Of a DNA stretch of 32,000 bases, positions 9,310 through 20,115 are shown one piece after another. A program made the position numbers and the translations under genes. The stretch's first letter is position 1, and each line of letters begins with the position of its first letter. Under the pieces are notes generated by a model. The model saw only the letters and a list, made by a program, of their open reading frames with translations, had not been told where the DNA came from and made no database searches. The stretch spans positions 720,001 to 752,000 of the forward strand of contig FP565575.1 in assembly GCA_000091165.1 (NCBI GenBank), written 5' to 3'. Source of the DNA: Candidatus Methylomirabilis oxygeniifera (lineage in GTDB: Bacteria; Methylomirabilota; Methylomirabilia; Methylomirabilales; Methylomirabilaceae).

Positions 9310-10245
9310 ATGGATAACGACAATATCTTGACCGACATAATTGAACCGGTTGTACTGAACACGGAGTGTCCCGAGCTCACGTTGTACGCCAGGGGAAAGG
9401 TTCGGGACATTTACGACTTCGAAGATCGTCTGCTGCTGGTAGCTACAGATCGGATTTCGGCGTTTGACGTGGTTCTGCCGACAGGTATTCCTGGAAAGGG
9501 GAGAATCCTCACCGCCCTCTCGACGTTCTGGTTTCATGTCACTGCAGATCTGGTACCCAACCACCTGCTGACCACCGAGGTGGACGGCTTCCCACCCGCG
9601 TGCCGACCCTATCGTGAGACGCTCCAGGGGCGGAGCATGCTGGTCAAAAAGACGAAGCCGTTGCCGATTGAATGTATTGTTCGGGGGTATCTGTCCGGTT
9701 CGGGCTGGGTGGAATACCAAAAGACAGGAACCGTGTGCGGCATCCCGTTGCCGGTTGGGTTGCCGGAGTCGTGTCGTCTCGACCCGCCGCTCTTCACCCC
9801 GTCAACGAAGGCGGAGCAGGGGGCGCATGATGTCAACATTACGTTCGACGAAGCGGCCGCCCGACTCGGTCTGGAGCTGGCTGAGCGTGTGCGAACATTG
9901 AGTCTGGCCCTGTACGAGCGAGCTCGGACGCATGCCTTGGAACGAGGGATCATTATTGCCGACACGAAGTTCGAGTTTGGGCTGCTGGATGGCAACCTCG
10001 TCCTGATCGATGAGGTTCTGACCCCTGATTCCTCCCGTTTTTGGCCATGCGACACCTATGCGCCCGGCCGATCCCAACCGAGCTTCGATAAGCAGTTTGT
10101 ACGGGACTACCTGAAGTCGATCGCCTGGGATATGCAGGAGCCGGGACCGGAGCTGCCACAGGATATCGTGCGACGAACCCGCGCCAAGTATCAGGAAGCC
10201 TTGAGACGTCTGGCCGAAGCCGATCTGCCTGCCTGCGAGGCATAG
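9310..10245 (+). CDS. purC: Phosphoribosylaminoimidazole-succinocarboxamide synthase (SAICAR synthase)
   Basis: YARGKVRDIYDFEDRLLLVATDRISAFDVVLPTGIPGKGRILT, ECIVRGYLSGSGWVEYQKTGTVCG, KFEFGLLDGNLVLIDEVLTPDSSRFWP. The ORF track start is 9292 (GTG); ATG at 9310 is more likely. Confidence 0.97.
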   Translation: MDNDNILTDIIEPVVLNTECPELTLYARGKVRDIYDFEDRLLLVATDRISAFDVVLPTGIPGKGRILTALSTFWFHVTADLVPNHLLTTEVDGFPPACRPYRETLQGRSMLVKKTKPLPIECIVRGYLSGSGWVEYQKTGTVCGIPLPVGLPESCRLDPPLFTPSTKAEQGAHDVNITFDEAAARLGLELAERVRTLSLALYERARTHALERGIIIADTKFEFGLLDGNLVLIDEVLTPDSSRFWPCDTYAPGRSQPSFDKQFVRDYLKSIAWDMQEPGPELPQDIVRRTRAKYQEALRRLAEADLPACEA

Positions 10246-10280
10246 GGCACGCCTGTTGTCATAAGGAGCGATATCGGCTG

Positions 10281-10550
10281 ATGCACGGCTTCATGGTCAG
10301 CACGCTGAAGCAGGCCAAACGCGTCATCGTTATCGTCGTCGGCTTCACGGTCCTGGTGCTCGGGATTATCCTCATTGTGCTCCCCGGACCCGCTACGCTT
10401 GTCATTCCGCTCGGTCTGGCAATTCTGGCAACTGAGTTTGTTTGGGCCAGGCGGTTGCTGGTTCGGTTCAAGCGTGAAGCGAGGCGGTTGAAGAATACCA
10501 TCTCCAGAAAAATGCAGAACAACGCCCGCGAGCGTTCAGAGCAGAAGTAA
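10281..10550 (+). CDS. Small PGPGW-type putative transmembrane protein
   Basis: 89 aa with VIVIVVGFTVLVLGIILIVLPGPATLVIPLGLAILATEFVWARRLL, one or two hydrophobic helices and a family-like LPGPATLVIPLGLAIL core, followed by a basic tail. Confidence 0.75.
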   Translation: MHGFMVSTLKQAKRVIVIVVGFTVLVLGIILIVLPGPATLVIPLGLAILATEFVWARRLLVRFKREARRLKNTISRKMQNNARERSEQK

Positions 10551-10613
10551 CCATACCGACCCCTCTTCCCTCGTTCCCGCCGATGTGATTCGCTCGAACG
10601 TCTTCCCCCTGGA

Positions 10614-10937
10614 TCAGGCGAGCGTAAGAATGATCTCGCCGTCTTCCACGCGAACCGGATAGGTCCGGACGGCGCAGTCCGCTGATGCACCCGTCTTCAG
10701 ATCGAACTGCCTCGCGTGAAGCGGGCAGATGACCTTTCCATCTCCGATGATGCCGTCGGCCAGCGAACCCCCTCGATGCGGGCACGCGTTTTGGGTAGCA
10801 AAGAGGTCTCCATTGCGCTGACGGAACACGGCGATGGCGCAGTCGTCTATCACGTAGGTACAGCCTTGGCCGAGCGGGATTGCGTCGATCGGGCCAAGCG
10901 GTACAACGATCTCCAGTGCGGTATGCTTACTCTCCAT
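10614..10937 (-). CDS. nirD: Rieske 2Fe-2S protein, nitrite reductase small subunit-like
   Basis: 107 aa with Rieske motifs CPHRGG and CPLHARQFDLKTG. Directly downstream of nirB on the same strand. Confidence 0.85.
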   Translation of the reverse strand: MESKHTALEIVVPLGPIDAIPLGQGCTYVIDDCAIAVFRQRNGDLFATQNACPHRGGSLADGIIGDGKVICPLHARQFDLKTGASADCAVRTYPVRVEDGEIILTLA

Positions 10938-10940
10938 ACG

Positions 10941-13364
10941 TCACCTCTTCAACTCGACAAATACGGGTCCGCTGAACTGGGCCGGATGTACGGGTTCATC
11001 CGCTTCGGCCCAGGGATCTGTGCAGGCTTCGACCGCCCGTTCAATCTCGGCATCCAACCGCGCACCGATCCCTTCCACATCCTTGACGAGCAGATCACGC
11101 AGCCGTTCAATACCGACGCGTTCCACGAGCCCATACGCTCGTTCCATATACTTCCCGTGTTCCCGGTAGTATTGGATGAAGCGACCCATGTATGTCAGGA
11201 CCTCCTCATGGGTTTCGACCGTGCACAGAAGGTCCGCGGCTCGTACCCGGATCCCGGCGCCGCCGCCCACGTAGACCTGCCAGCCGCCCTCAATGGCGAC
11301 GGCTCCAAGATCTTTGACGGTCGCCTCCGCGCAGTTCCTCGGGCAGCCGACGGCGGCGAGTTTCATCTTATGCGGGGTCTCGAGACCGTAGAATCGCTTC
11401 TCAATCTTGGTCCCCAGCGCGATGGAATCGCCCAGGCCGAACCGGCAAAAGAGAGATCCCACACAGGTTTTGCATGAACGGATCGCCTTGGCGTAGGCGT
11501 GCCCGCTGGCCATCCCCAGATCCTTCCAGACATGCGGGAGCTGCTCCTTCCTGACGCCTGCCAGTGCGATGCGTTGGCCGCCGGTCAGCTTGATCGCGGG
11601 AATCTGATACTTGTCTGCGACATCGGCGATGCGCCGGAGCTCTGTCGGCGAGGTGACACCGGCGCAGATTCGCGGTACGACCGAGAAGGTCCCATCCTTC
11701 TGGATGTTGGCGTGGACCCGGTCGTTGATGAATCGCGCATCGCGCTCATCTTCGTACTCGCCGGCCCAGATGGTCTTGAGGAGCGAGGCTAGAGCCGTCT
11801 TATGGCTCGGCTCTTCGCGTCCGTCGTTCAGTTCTCGGAACAGCGCGCTGACGCTCTTGATCTCTTGAGCCTTGATGGCGGCGACCAGTTCGGGTTTAGT
11901 CATCGGGATGCTCGGCACATACCAGTGCTCGGCGGGGTCTTCCGCCACCGCCCCGGCGTAGACTTCGAGAAACTGTTCGAGGAGTTTCTTGCAGCCGCCG
12001 CAACTCGTGCCGGCCTTCGTGCGGGCTCCAATCTGTGAGACCGATCGGCACTTACCGAACTCGATTGCCTCCCTGATCTGCCCCTTGGTGACCCCGTGAC
12101 AATGACAGATCTGGGCATGATCGGGCAGGTCAAACACCGAGAGGATCGGGGCGCCCGTAGAGGTACCGAACAGCAGGTCGGCCCGCCGATCCGGAAGTAC
12201 GGCGTCCAGCAAGTACATCTGAGTGAGTACGCCAGCCGTGTCCGTCTCACCCAGGAGGGTGGCGCCGACGAGTCGATTATTGCGTATGACCATCTTTTTG
12301 TAGACGCCTCGCAATGGCTCGACGTAGCTGACGACCTCGTCTTGAAGATCGGTTGGAGTCGTGTCGCCCATCGAGACAAGCTGTACGCCCATCACCTTCA
12401 GTTTGCTCACAGGTTTGGAGCCCTGGTACCCGCCATTGGAGGAAGCGCCGGTGAGATGCTCTGCCAGTACCCTGGCCTGGTCGTATAGAGGCGCCACGAG
12501 GCCATAGAGCTTGCCGCGGTGCTGAGCGCACTCACCTACGGCGTAGATGTCCGGATCGGAGGTCTGCATCCGGTCGTTTACGACGATCCCTCGATCTACC
12601 GTAAGCCCGGACCGACCGGCAAGCTCAGCGTTGGGTCGGATGCCGCAGCTCATCACGATGATGTCGACGTCCAGCGTAGAGCCGTCCTGAAACTCCAGGC
12701 CCGTGACCCGATCGTCTCCGAGCACGCGTGTCACGCTCTTTTCGAGAAGCGTCTGTACGCCCATCTGCTGCATCGTCCGTTGAAGCAGTGCGCCTCCCTC
12801 AGCGTCTAATTGCTGCGCCATCAACCACGGCATCATTTCGACGACCGTCACATCGAGTTCGAGGGAGAGGAGACCTCGCGCAGCCTCCAGACCGAGCAGG
12901 CCGCCGCCCATGACTGCGGCCCTCCGACATCCTTTCGCGTATGCCTCAATCGCCTGGCAGTCATCGAGCGTCCGGAAGACGAAGACGCCCTTCTTCTCTA
13001 CCCCATTCATGGGGGGTACGAACGGTCGGCTGCCGGTGGCGATGATCAGCGTATCGTACGATTCCTCTACGCCGCCATCGTCGCGTACCGTCTTGTTGTT
13101 GCGATCAATCGCCGCGACCGCCGTCCCGGCATGTAACATGATGTCATGTTCGCGGTACCAGTCGAGCGGGTTCAAAAAGATCTGCTTGATGTCCTTGGAG
13201 CCGATCAGCACATCCGAGAGGAGGGTGCGGTCGTAGTTGCCGTATCGCTCTGCGCCGAACATCACGACGTGAAACCGTTCACGATCCCGAGACAGGATCT
13301 CTTGAACGGTCTTGGTCCCGGCCATGCCGTTACCAATGACGACCAGCCTTTTTTGCTCGTCCAT
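10941..13364 (-). CDS. nirB: NAD(P)H nitrite reductase large subunit (siroheme, 4Fe-4S, FAD)
   Basis: FAD-binding LVVIGNGMAGTKTVQEIL, BFD-like [2Fe-2S] domain (ICHCHGVTKGQI...GTSCGGCK), siroheme/4Fe-4S motifs (SCKTCVGSLFCRFGLGDS, AVGCPRNCAEA). ATG at 13364 preceded by GGAGG-like sequence; the ORF track extends to 13406. Confidence 0.95.
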   Translation of the reverse strand: MDEQKRLVVIGNGMAGTKTVQEILSRDRERFHVVMFGAERYGNYDRTLLSDVLIGSKDIKQIFLNPLDWYREHDIMLHAGTAVAAIDRNNKTVRDDGGVEESYDTLIIATGSRPFVPPMNGVEKKGVFVFRTLDDCQAIEAYAKGCRRAAVMGGGLLGLEAARGLLSLELDVTVVEMMPWLMAQQLDAEGGALLQRTMQQMGVQTLLEKSVTRVLGDDRVTGLEFQDGSTLDVDIIVMSCGIRPNAELAGRSGLTVDRGIVVNDRMQTSDPDIYAVGECAQHRGKLYGLVAPLYDQARVLAEHLTGASSNGGYQGSKPVSKLKVMGVQLVSMGDTTPTDLQDEVVSYVEPLRGVYKKMVIRNNRLVGATLLGETDTAGVLTQMYLLDAVLPDRRADLLFGTSTGAPILSVFDLPDHAQICHCHGVTKGQIREAIEFGKCRSVSQIGARTKAGTSCGGCKKLLEQFLEVYAGAVAEDPAEHWYVPSIPMTKPELVAAIKAQEIKSVSALFRELNDGREEPSHKTALASLLKTIWAGEYEDERDARFINDRVHANIQKDGTFSVVPRICAGVTSPTELRRIADVADKYQIPAIKLTGGQRIALAGVRKEQLPHVWKDLGMASGHAYAKAIRSCKTCVGSLFCRFGLGDSIALGTKIEKRFYGLETPHKMKLAAVGCPRNCAEATVKDLGAVAIEGGWQVYVGGGAGIRVRAADLLCTVETHEEVLTYMGRFIQYYREHGKYMERAYGLVERVGIERLRDLLVKDVEGIGARLDAEIERAVEACTDPWAEADEPVHPAQFSGPVFVELKR

Positions 13365-13789
13365 CCTCTGCCTCCGCTGTCTAACGAAACGATGCCGATC
13401 CCTCATGTGGACGTTGCCGTCCTGCAGTCGCCACGCCTGGGGTGGCCTTTTAGCGTTCAGGACGGCGCAATTACGATGCCAACTGCTCAGTCGGCAGGCT
13501 CAAGGACGTTGTGATTCGTTAAATTAAAGAGTTAGGATGCAACATCAGATCTATCGCAAATGCCATCGGAGAGGATAGCTGCACGATACGAAGGCAACGG
13601 CATGAGAGGAATGTTCATATATTGGGCGAGAGAGGGGCGATGATCAATCCGAGCGTGGAGGACGGGACGGTAAGCTATTTGCGATTCCGGACATCATCGC
13701 CCTAGTCGAGGCGATCAGAGATCGGCTTACACATTAGATGACGATAGCTTCCGAGGCTTTTCTGAGGACGAGCGGAACCTCCGTTGAAG

Positions 13790-15235
13790 TTAGGGGATTG
13801 GAGCAGGGAGGTTGGAATGGCCCATCAGGTGTCGGTCGATGCCGTGAGCGGCGCTGCGACCTTCGGCAATAGCCCAGACGATCAGCGACTGGCCGCGTTG
13901 CATATCGCCTGCGGTGAAGACGCCGGGCACGCTGGTCATCCAGTTCTCGTCACGCCAGACGTTCCCGCGCTCGGTCAGTGTTACGCCAAGCTCGCTCAGT
14001 AGCCCGTTCCGCTCAGGTCCCAGGAAGCCCATGGCCAGCAGGACCAGGTCTGCCTCCATCTCGAACTCGGTGCCAGGGATCGGCTTGAAGCCCATCCGGC
14101 CGTTCTCATTCGTCATCTCAACCCGGTTGGCGTGCAGCTTCGTGACGTGGCCGTTCTCTCCGGAGAAGCTCGTTGTCGCCACCGAGAACTCCCGGATGCC
14201 GCCCTCTTCGTGAGCGGACGAGGTCCTGAAGACGACCGGCCACTGGGGCCAAGGGTTCTCGGCTGTCCGAGTATCCGGCGGACGCGGAAGCAGTTCGAAC
14301 TGATGGACGGAGAGGGCGCCATGACGGTGGGCGGTCCCCAGGCAGTCGGCGCCGGTGTCGCCGCCGCCGATGATGACCACCCGCTTCCCGCTGGCGGTGA
14401 TGAACGCCTCGTCAGGGATCACGTCGCCCTGGCAGCGCTGATTCTGAAGGGCCAGGTACTCCATGGCGAAGTGAATGCCGCGCAGCTCACGCCCAGGGAT
14501 CTTGAGATCGCGTGGTGTCGTGGCCCCTCCGGCAAGCAGGATGGCATCGAACTCGCGCCGCAACTCCTCAACAGGTACGTTTACGCCCACGTTCGCATTG
14601 GCCCGAAACTGGATCTCCTCTTTCTGAAGCTGATCCAGCCGCCGGTCCAGGACCCGCTTCTCCAGCTTGAACTCCGGGATGCCGTAGCGCAGCAGGCCGC
14701 CGATCCGATCGGCTCGCTCGAAGACCGTCACCCAGTGACCGGCGCGATTGAGCTGCTGGGCAGCCGCAAGCCCTGCCGGACCTGAGCCGATAACAGCGAC
14801 TTTCTTACCGGTCCGCACGGTGGGGGGCTCCGGCCTGATCCAGCCCGCCTCAAAGGCATGTTCGACAATAGCTAACTCGATGGCCTTGATGGTCACCGGG
14901 TCGTTATGAATCCCGAGGACGCACGAGCCCTCGCAGGGCGCGGGGCAGGCAGTTCCGGTAAACTCCGGGAAATTGTTTGTGGCATGCAGGCGCTCGATAG
15001 CGTCCCGCCACCGGTCGCGATAGACCAGGTCGTTCCAGTCCGGGATGATGTTGCCCAGCGGGCAACCCCGGTGGCAGAACGGGACGCCGCAATCCATGCA
15101 GCGCGCCCCCTGCCGCTTCAGTGTTTCCGTCGGCCACGGCAGCATGACCTGCTGCCAGTCGCGAATCCGCTCCTCGACCGGCCGGTATGGCTGTTTTTCG
15201 CGCTTGAATTCGATGAAACCGGTCGGCTTACCCAT
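13790..15235 (-). CDS. gltD: Glutamate synthase small (beta) subunit
   Basis: [24 protein letters not shown], cysteine motifs [23 protein letters not shown] motifs [22 protein letters not shown] and [15 protein letters not shown]. Confidence 0.96.
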   Translation of the reverse strand: MGKPTGFIEFKREKQPYRPVEERIRDWQQVMLPWPTETLKRQGARCMDCGVPFCHRGCPLGNIIPDWNDLVYRDRWRDAIERLHATNNFPEFTGTACPAPCEGSCVLGIHNDPVTIKAIELAIVEHAFEAGWIRPEPPTVRTGKKVAVIGSGPAGLAAAQQLNRAGHWVTVFERADRIGGLLRYGIPEFKLEKRVLDRRLDQLQKEEIQFRANANVGVNVPVEELRREFDAILLAGGATTPRDLKIPGRELRGIHFAMEYLALQNQRCQGDVIPDEAFITASGKRVVIIGGGDTGADCLGTAHRHGALSVHQFELLPRPPDTRTAENPWPQWPVVFRTSSAHEEGGIREFSVATTSFSGENGHVTKLHANRVEMTNENGRMGFKPIPGTEFEMEADLVLLAMGFLGPERNGLLSELGVTLTERGNVWRDENWMTSVPGVFTAGDMQRGQSLIVWAIAEGRSAAHGIDRHLMGHSNLPAPIP

Positions 15236-18200
15236 GGGCGCCCGCCATTACCGCCTGTTCCCAGGAGATCCCTTCGGTCTCGACTCGCTTGAGCGCCTTC
15301 ATTGCCCGTTTGTAGTCTTTGGCTATCACCTTGACGAACTGTGCCTCCGTCGCCTGCCAGTTTCTTAAGAGCCGGTCCGCCACCGTACTGCCGGTATACC
15401 GGAGGTGGCGGCGCAACAACTCCTGGATCTCTTCGATGTCCTCGTCCGCACTCAGCGGCTCAATATCAACCATGCTCAGATTACACCGATTCTTAAAATC
15501 ACCGGTTTCGTCCAGAACGTACGCGACGCCGCCGGACATGCCGGCGGCAAAATTGCGTCCTGTGCCGCCGATAACGACAACGCGGCCGCCGGTCATATAC
15601 TCACAGCCGTGATCGCCGACGCCCTCAACCACCGCATGCGCGCCGCTGTTACGCACCGCGAACCGTTCGCCCGCGATCCCTCGGAGATAGACTTCGCCCT
15701 TTGTCGCGCCGTACAGTACCACGTTGCCGACCAGGATATTCTCTTCAGGGACGAATGTTGCCTCGCGCGACGGGAACACGATAATCTTTCCGCCCGAGAG
15801 CCCCTTCCCCAGATAGTCGTTGGCGTCGCCCTCGATGATCAGCGTGATGCCTCGGGGAATGAAGGCGCCGAAGCTTTGTCCGGCAGTGCCCGTGAAGCGG
15901 ATTCGAATCATGTCGTCGGGCAGTCCCTCGCCCCCATAGCGACGGGTTATCTCGTACCCCAAAATGGTGCCTACCGTGCGGTTGACGTTATGAATCGGCA
16001 GATGCAGGCTGACCGGCTCGCGCCGCTCCAGCGCAGGTAGGCAGCGCGGAACGAGGGTGGTCATGTCGAGCGACTGCTCCAGCCCGTGGTTCTGATCCTG
16101 CACCTTACGGATGGCTATCTCGGCTCCCATCTGCGGACAGTAGAGGATTGACGAGTAGTCGAGCCCTCGAGCCTTCCAGTGCTCTATCGCCTTCCTCATC
16201 TCGAGCCTGTCTATGCGGCCGATCATGTCGTCCATGGTGCGGAACCCAAGTTGGGCCATCAGTTCCCGCACCTCCAGCGCAATGAAACGGAAGAAGTTCT
16301 CGACGTACTCGGGCTTGCCGGTGAAGTTCTTCCGAAGCTCGGGATCCTGGGTAGCGACCCCGACCGGGCAGGTGTTCAGGTGACAGACGCGCATCATGAT
16401 ACACCCCATCACGACCAGCGGCGCCGTGGAGAAGCCATACTCTTCTGCGCCGAGCAGTGCGGCAATGACGACGTCGCGTCCGGTCTTCATCTGGCCGTCA
16501 ACCTGGACAACGATCCGATCCCGGAGCTTGTTCATCACCAGTACCTGCTGAGTCTCGGCCAGCCCCAATTCCCACGGCAGGCCTGCGTGCTTGATGGAGC
16601 CAAGCGGGGAAGCGCCGGTCCCGCCATCGTGACCGGAGATCAGAACCACGTCGGAGAACGCCTTGGCCACGCCGGCCGCGATCGTGCCGACGCCAACCTC
16701 CGCGACAAGCTTTACGTGGATTCGCGCAGTCGGATTACTATTCTTCAAGTCATGGATAAGCTGTTTCAGATCCTCAATGGAGTAGATATCGTGGTGTGGC
16801 GGCGGCGAGATCAACCCGACGCCTGGCGTCGAGTGCCGCACCTTGGCGATCCATGGATACACCTTTGCGCCGGGGAGCTGGCCGCCCTCGCCGGGCTTAC
16901 TGCCCTGTGCCATCTTAATTTGTATGTCGGTGGCGTTAGCCAGATACTCGCTGGTCACGCCGAAGCGGCCTGATGCCACCTGCTTGATGGCGCTTCGGCG
17001 CCAGTCGCCGTTAGAGTCCGGGGTGAAGCGCGCCGAATCCTCACCTCCCTCGCCGGTGTTGGACCTGGCGCCCAGTCGGTTCATGGCGATTGCGAGGGTC
17101 TCGTGCGCCTCCTGACTGATCGACCCGTACGACATGGCCCCCGTCGCAAAGCGTTTCAGGATCGATTCGACCGGCTCAACCTCCTCCAGCGGAATCGGCT
17201 GGTCGCCGCACTTGAGGTCGAACAGTCCTCGGAGCGTACACAGATTTGTATTGTGATCGTTGATCATCTCCGCGTACTCCTTGAAGATCGCATATTGCCC
17301 CGTACGTGTGGAGTACTGAAGCTTGGAGATTGTCTCCGGATTGAAGAGATGGTGCTCGCCGTCGCGCCGCCACTGGTATTCGCCTCCCCACTCAAGCTCA
17401 GGTTGACCGACGGGTCGCTCGGGGAAGGCGCGACGGTGTCGGAGGATCACCTCTTCCGCGACGACATCGATGCCGATGCCGCCGATCCGGGACGCGGTCC
17501 ACGTGAAACAACGGTCCACAAACGCCTTGTTTAAACCGATCGCTTCAAAGATCTGCGCGCCGCGATACGACTGGATGGTCGAGATCCCCATCTTCGAGAT
17601 GACCTTCAGCACGCCCTTATTCAGTGCCTTAATGTAGTGCGTGACGGCCTTTTTGTGGTCCAGCCCGGGCAGCAGACCCTCGCGGATCATATCGTCGAGG
17701 GTCTCGAAGGCGAGATACGGGTTGACTGCGCCCGCGCCGTAGCCGATGAGCAATGCCGCATGGTGGACCTCACGCGGCTCGCCGCTCTCTATAATCAGTC
17801 CGACCCTCGTCCTGGTCCCTTCCCGGACCAGATGATGATGGACGCCGGCTGTGGCCAGGAGGGCTGGAATCGGGGCCAGTTCCTTACACACGCCCCGGTC
17901 GGAGAGAATCAGGAAGGTGTAGCCGTCGGCAATAGCCTGGCTTGCCTTCCGGCATAGTTCCTGTAGCGCCTGATCGAGGCCGCTCCCGCCTTCGGCCACT
18001 GAGAACAGCATAGGCAGCGTGATCGATCTGAAGCCGGGTAGATCGACATAGCGGATTCGCGCCAACTCCTCGTTATCCAGGACCGGCGTCTTCAGCTTGA
18101 TCTGCCGGCAACTCTCGGGTTCCGGCTTGAGCAGGTTGCGCTCCGGGCCGATCGTCGTCGCCATCTGGGTGACCAACTCCTCACGGATTGCGTCCAGCGG

Positions 18201-19817
18201 CGGATTGGTTACCTGGGCGAAGAGCTGCTGGAAATAGTCATACAACAGGCGAGGGCGGTCGGAGAGGACCGCAAGCGACGCATCGTTTCCCATCGAACCG
18301 ACCGGCTCCTCCCCCCTCAGCGCCATCGGAGCCAGCAGAAGACGCAGGTCCTCGTGGGTATAACCAAACAACTGTTGCCGCTGCAGCACGGTTTCGTGAT
18401 CCGGCTCGTGGACATGAGGGGGCGCCGGGAGTTCCTCCAATGGAATCAGGTGCTGTTGCAGCCACTCATGGTACGGGTGCTCGGTGGCAAAGGCGTGCTT
18501 GAGCTCTGCGTCGTCGATGATCCGGCCCTGGGCAGTATCTACCAGGAAGATCCGACCGGGGTGTAAGCGCTCCTTGATCAGGATGTTTTCAGGCGGAATG
18601 TCCAGTACGCCCACCTCGGAAGCCATGACGACCATGCCGTCCTTTGTTACGTAGTAGCGCGATGGGCGGAGACCGTTCCGATCCAGGACCGCTCCGATCA
18701 CGGTGCCGTCGGTGAACGCGATAGAGGCCGGTCCGTCCCACGGCTCCATCAGGCAGCCATGGTACTCGTAAAACGCCTTGCGCTCTTCGCCCATCGATTC
18801 GTGGCCGCTCCAGGCCTCAGGGATCATCATCAGGATCGCGTGAGGCAGGGGACGGCCGGCCATGACCAGAAACTCCAGGACGTTGTCGAAGATTGCCGAA
18901 TCGCTCCCACCCTCCAGTACGATCGGAAAGATCTTCTTCAGGTCAGGCAGCAGTTCGGACTCGCACAGCGCCTCGCGGGCGCGCATCCAGTTGATGTTGC
19001 CGCGCAGCGTATTGATCTCACCGTTGTGCGCCATGTACCGGTACGGGTGGGCCAGCGGCCAGGAGGGGAAGGTGTTGGTGGAGAAGCGCTGGTGAACGAG
19101 CGCCAGCGCCGATTCGACCGCCGGGTCCGTGATGTCCGGAAAAGTTGCCTCGATCTGGTCCCCTATGAGCATCCCCTTGTAGGCCAGCGTGTTGGAGGAG
19201 AGGCTTGGGATGTAGAAGAGTGTTCGCTGAGGAAGCGTCGAGCGATAGACGACGTGCTCAACCTGTTTACGGATGATGTAGAGCTTCCGCTCGAACGTCC
19301 GGTCGTCCAGGATGGCCGGATTTCGGCCGATGAAGATCTGCTTGAAGGTCGGCTTGGCGGCCTTCGCGCTGGGGCCGATCGGTGAGTCATCGGTCGGCAC
19401 GTCCCGCCACCCCAGAAGCGTCTGCCCTTCCTCCAGAATGATCTCTTCAAAAATTGCCTGACATTTGGCGGCTTGTGAAGGGTCGGTCGGAAGGAAGACA
19501 AATCCGGCGCCGTAGTGCCGTGGAGCGGGCAGAGTGACCCCGATCTTCCCGCACTCGCGGGCAAGAAAGATGTGGGGCATCTGAATGAGGATGCCGGCCC
19601 CATCACCCGTATTCGGCTCCGAGCCGCACGCGCCGCGGTGCAGCAGGTTCTTCAGGACCGTCAGCGCCTGCTGGATGATGGTATGGGATCTCCGGCCCTT
19701 GATGTCCACCACAAAGCCTACCCCGCAGGCGTCATGCTCGTAGGTCGGATCGTACAGGCCCTGTCTGGGTGGGTTACCGTAAGGGGTTGTAGACACCGTA
19801 TCCGTCTGTTCGATCAC
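15228..19817 (-). CDS. gltB: Glutamate synthase large (alpha) subunit
   Basis: 1529 aa. N-terminal Ntn amidotransferase with [19 protein letters not shown]/central domain ([25 protein letters not shown]), [18 protein letters not shown] and the C-terminal GXGXG domain. Confidence 0.98.
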   Translation of the reverse strand: MIEQTDTVSTTPYGNPPRQGLYDPTYEHDACGVGFVVDIKGRRSHTIIQQALTVLKNLLHRGACGSEPNTGDGAGILIQMPHIFLARECGKIGVTLPAPRHYGAGFVFLPTDPSQAAKCQAIFEEIILEEGQTLLGWRDVPTDDSPIGPSAKAAKPTFKQIFIGRNPAILDDRTFERKLYIIRKQVEHVVYRSTLPQRTLFYIPSLSSNTLAYKGMLIGDQIEATFPDITDPAVESALALVHQRFSTNTFPSWPLAHPYRYMAHNGEINTLRGNINWMRAREALCESELLPDLKKIFPIVLEGGSDSAIFDNVLEFLVMAGRPLPHAILMMIPEAWSGHESMGEERKAFYEYHGCLMEPWDGPASIAFTDGTVIGAVLDRNGLRPSRYYVTKDGMVVMASEVGVLDIPPENILIKERLHPGRIFLVDTAQGRIIDDAELKHAFATEHPYHEWLQQHLIPLEELPAPPHVHEPDHETVLQRQQLFGYTHEDLRLLLAPMALRGEEPVGSMGNDASLAVLSDRPRLLYDYFQQLFAQVTNPPLDAIREELVTQMATTIGPERNLLKPEPESCRQIKLKTPVLDNEELARIRYVDLPGFRSITLPMLFSVAEGGSGLDQALQELCRKASQAIADGYTFLILSDRGVCKELAPIPALLATAGVHHHLVREGTRTRVGLIIESGEPREVHHAALLIGYGAGAVNPYLAFETLDDMIREGLLPGLDHKKAVTHYIKALNKGVLKVISKMGISTIQSYRGAQIFEAIGLNKAFVDRCFTWTASRIGGIGIDVVAEEVILRHRRAFPERPVGQPELEWGGEYQWRRDGEHHLFNPETISKLQYSTRTGQYAIFKEYAEMINDHNTNLCTLRGLFDLKCGDQPIPLEEVEPVESILKRFATGAMSYGSISQEAHETLAIAMNRLGARSNTGEGGEDSARFTPDSNGDWRRSAIKQVASGRFGVTSEYLANATDIQIKMAQGSKPGEGGQLPGAKVYPWIAKVRHSTPGVGLISPPPHHDIYSIEDLKQLIHDLKNSNPTARIHVKLVAEVGVGTIAAGVAKAFSDVVLISGHDGGTGASPLGSIKHAGLPWELGLAETQQVLVMNKLRDRIVVQVDGQMKTGRDVVIAALLGAEEYGFSTAPLVVMGCIMMRVCHLNTCPVGVATQDPELRKNFTGKPEYVENFFRFIALEVRELMAQLGFRTMDDMIGRIDRLEMRKAIEHWKARGLDYSSILYCPQMGAEIAIRKVQDQNHGLEQSLDMTTLVPRCLPALERREPVSLHLPIHNVNRTVGTILGYEITRRYGGEGLPDDMIRIRFTGTAGQSFGAFIPRGITLIIEGDANDYLGKGLSGGKIIVFPSREATFVPEENILVGNVVLYGATKGEVYLRGIAGERFAVRNSGAHAVVEGVGDHGCEYMTGGRVVVIGGTGRNFAAGMSGGVAYVLDETGDFKNRCNLSMVDIEPLSADEDIEEIQELLRRHLRYTGSTVADRLLRNWQATEAQFVKVIAKDYKRAMKALKRVETEGISWEQAVMAGAHG

Positions 19818-20115
19818 ACAATTCTCCTTCTATCTTCTGGAACCAACCGATCAATGGTGAATTTGAATAAATATAGCCGAAACCGTGTAGTAAGTCACGT
19901 GAAATACGGTCACACTGAGCAACGGGTCATGCTCTCCTGCGCGGGTCCCCCTGAAAGACGAGGGGTAAAACGAGCAGTGGAGATCCCTCAGCAGATTGGG
20001 CATAGTTTGATAGCGTTCTTCGATTCCGCTGTCAAGCGGAAAGTCGTGGGGTTACGAAAGATTCGGAGAACGTTGTGCGTCTCGACCGGGGAACGTTGCT
20101 GTATAATAGAAACAA

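Noticed and set aside
16179-16973. 264-aa plus-strand ORF (also 15405-16040, 17103-17534, 18759-19385)
   Set aside because: All are antisense to gltB, whose full-length conserved domains account for the region.
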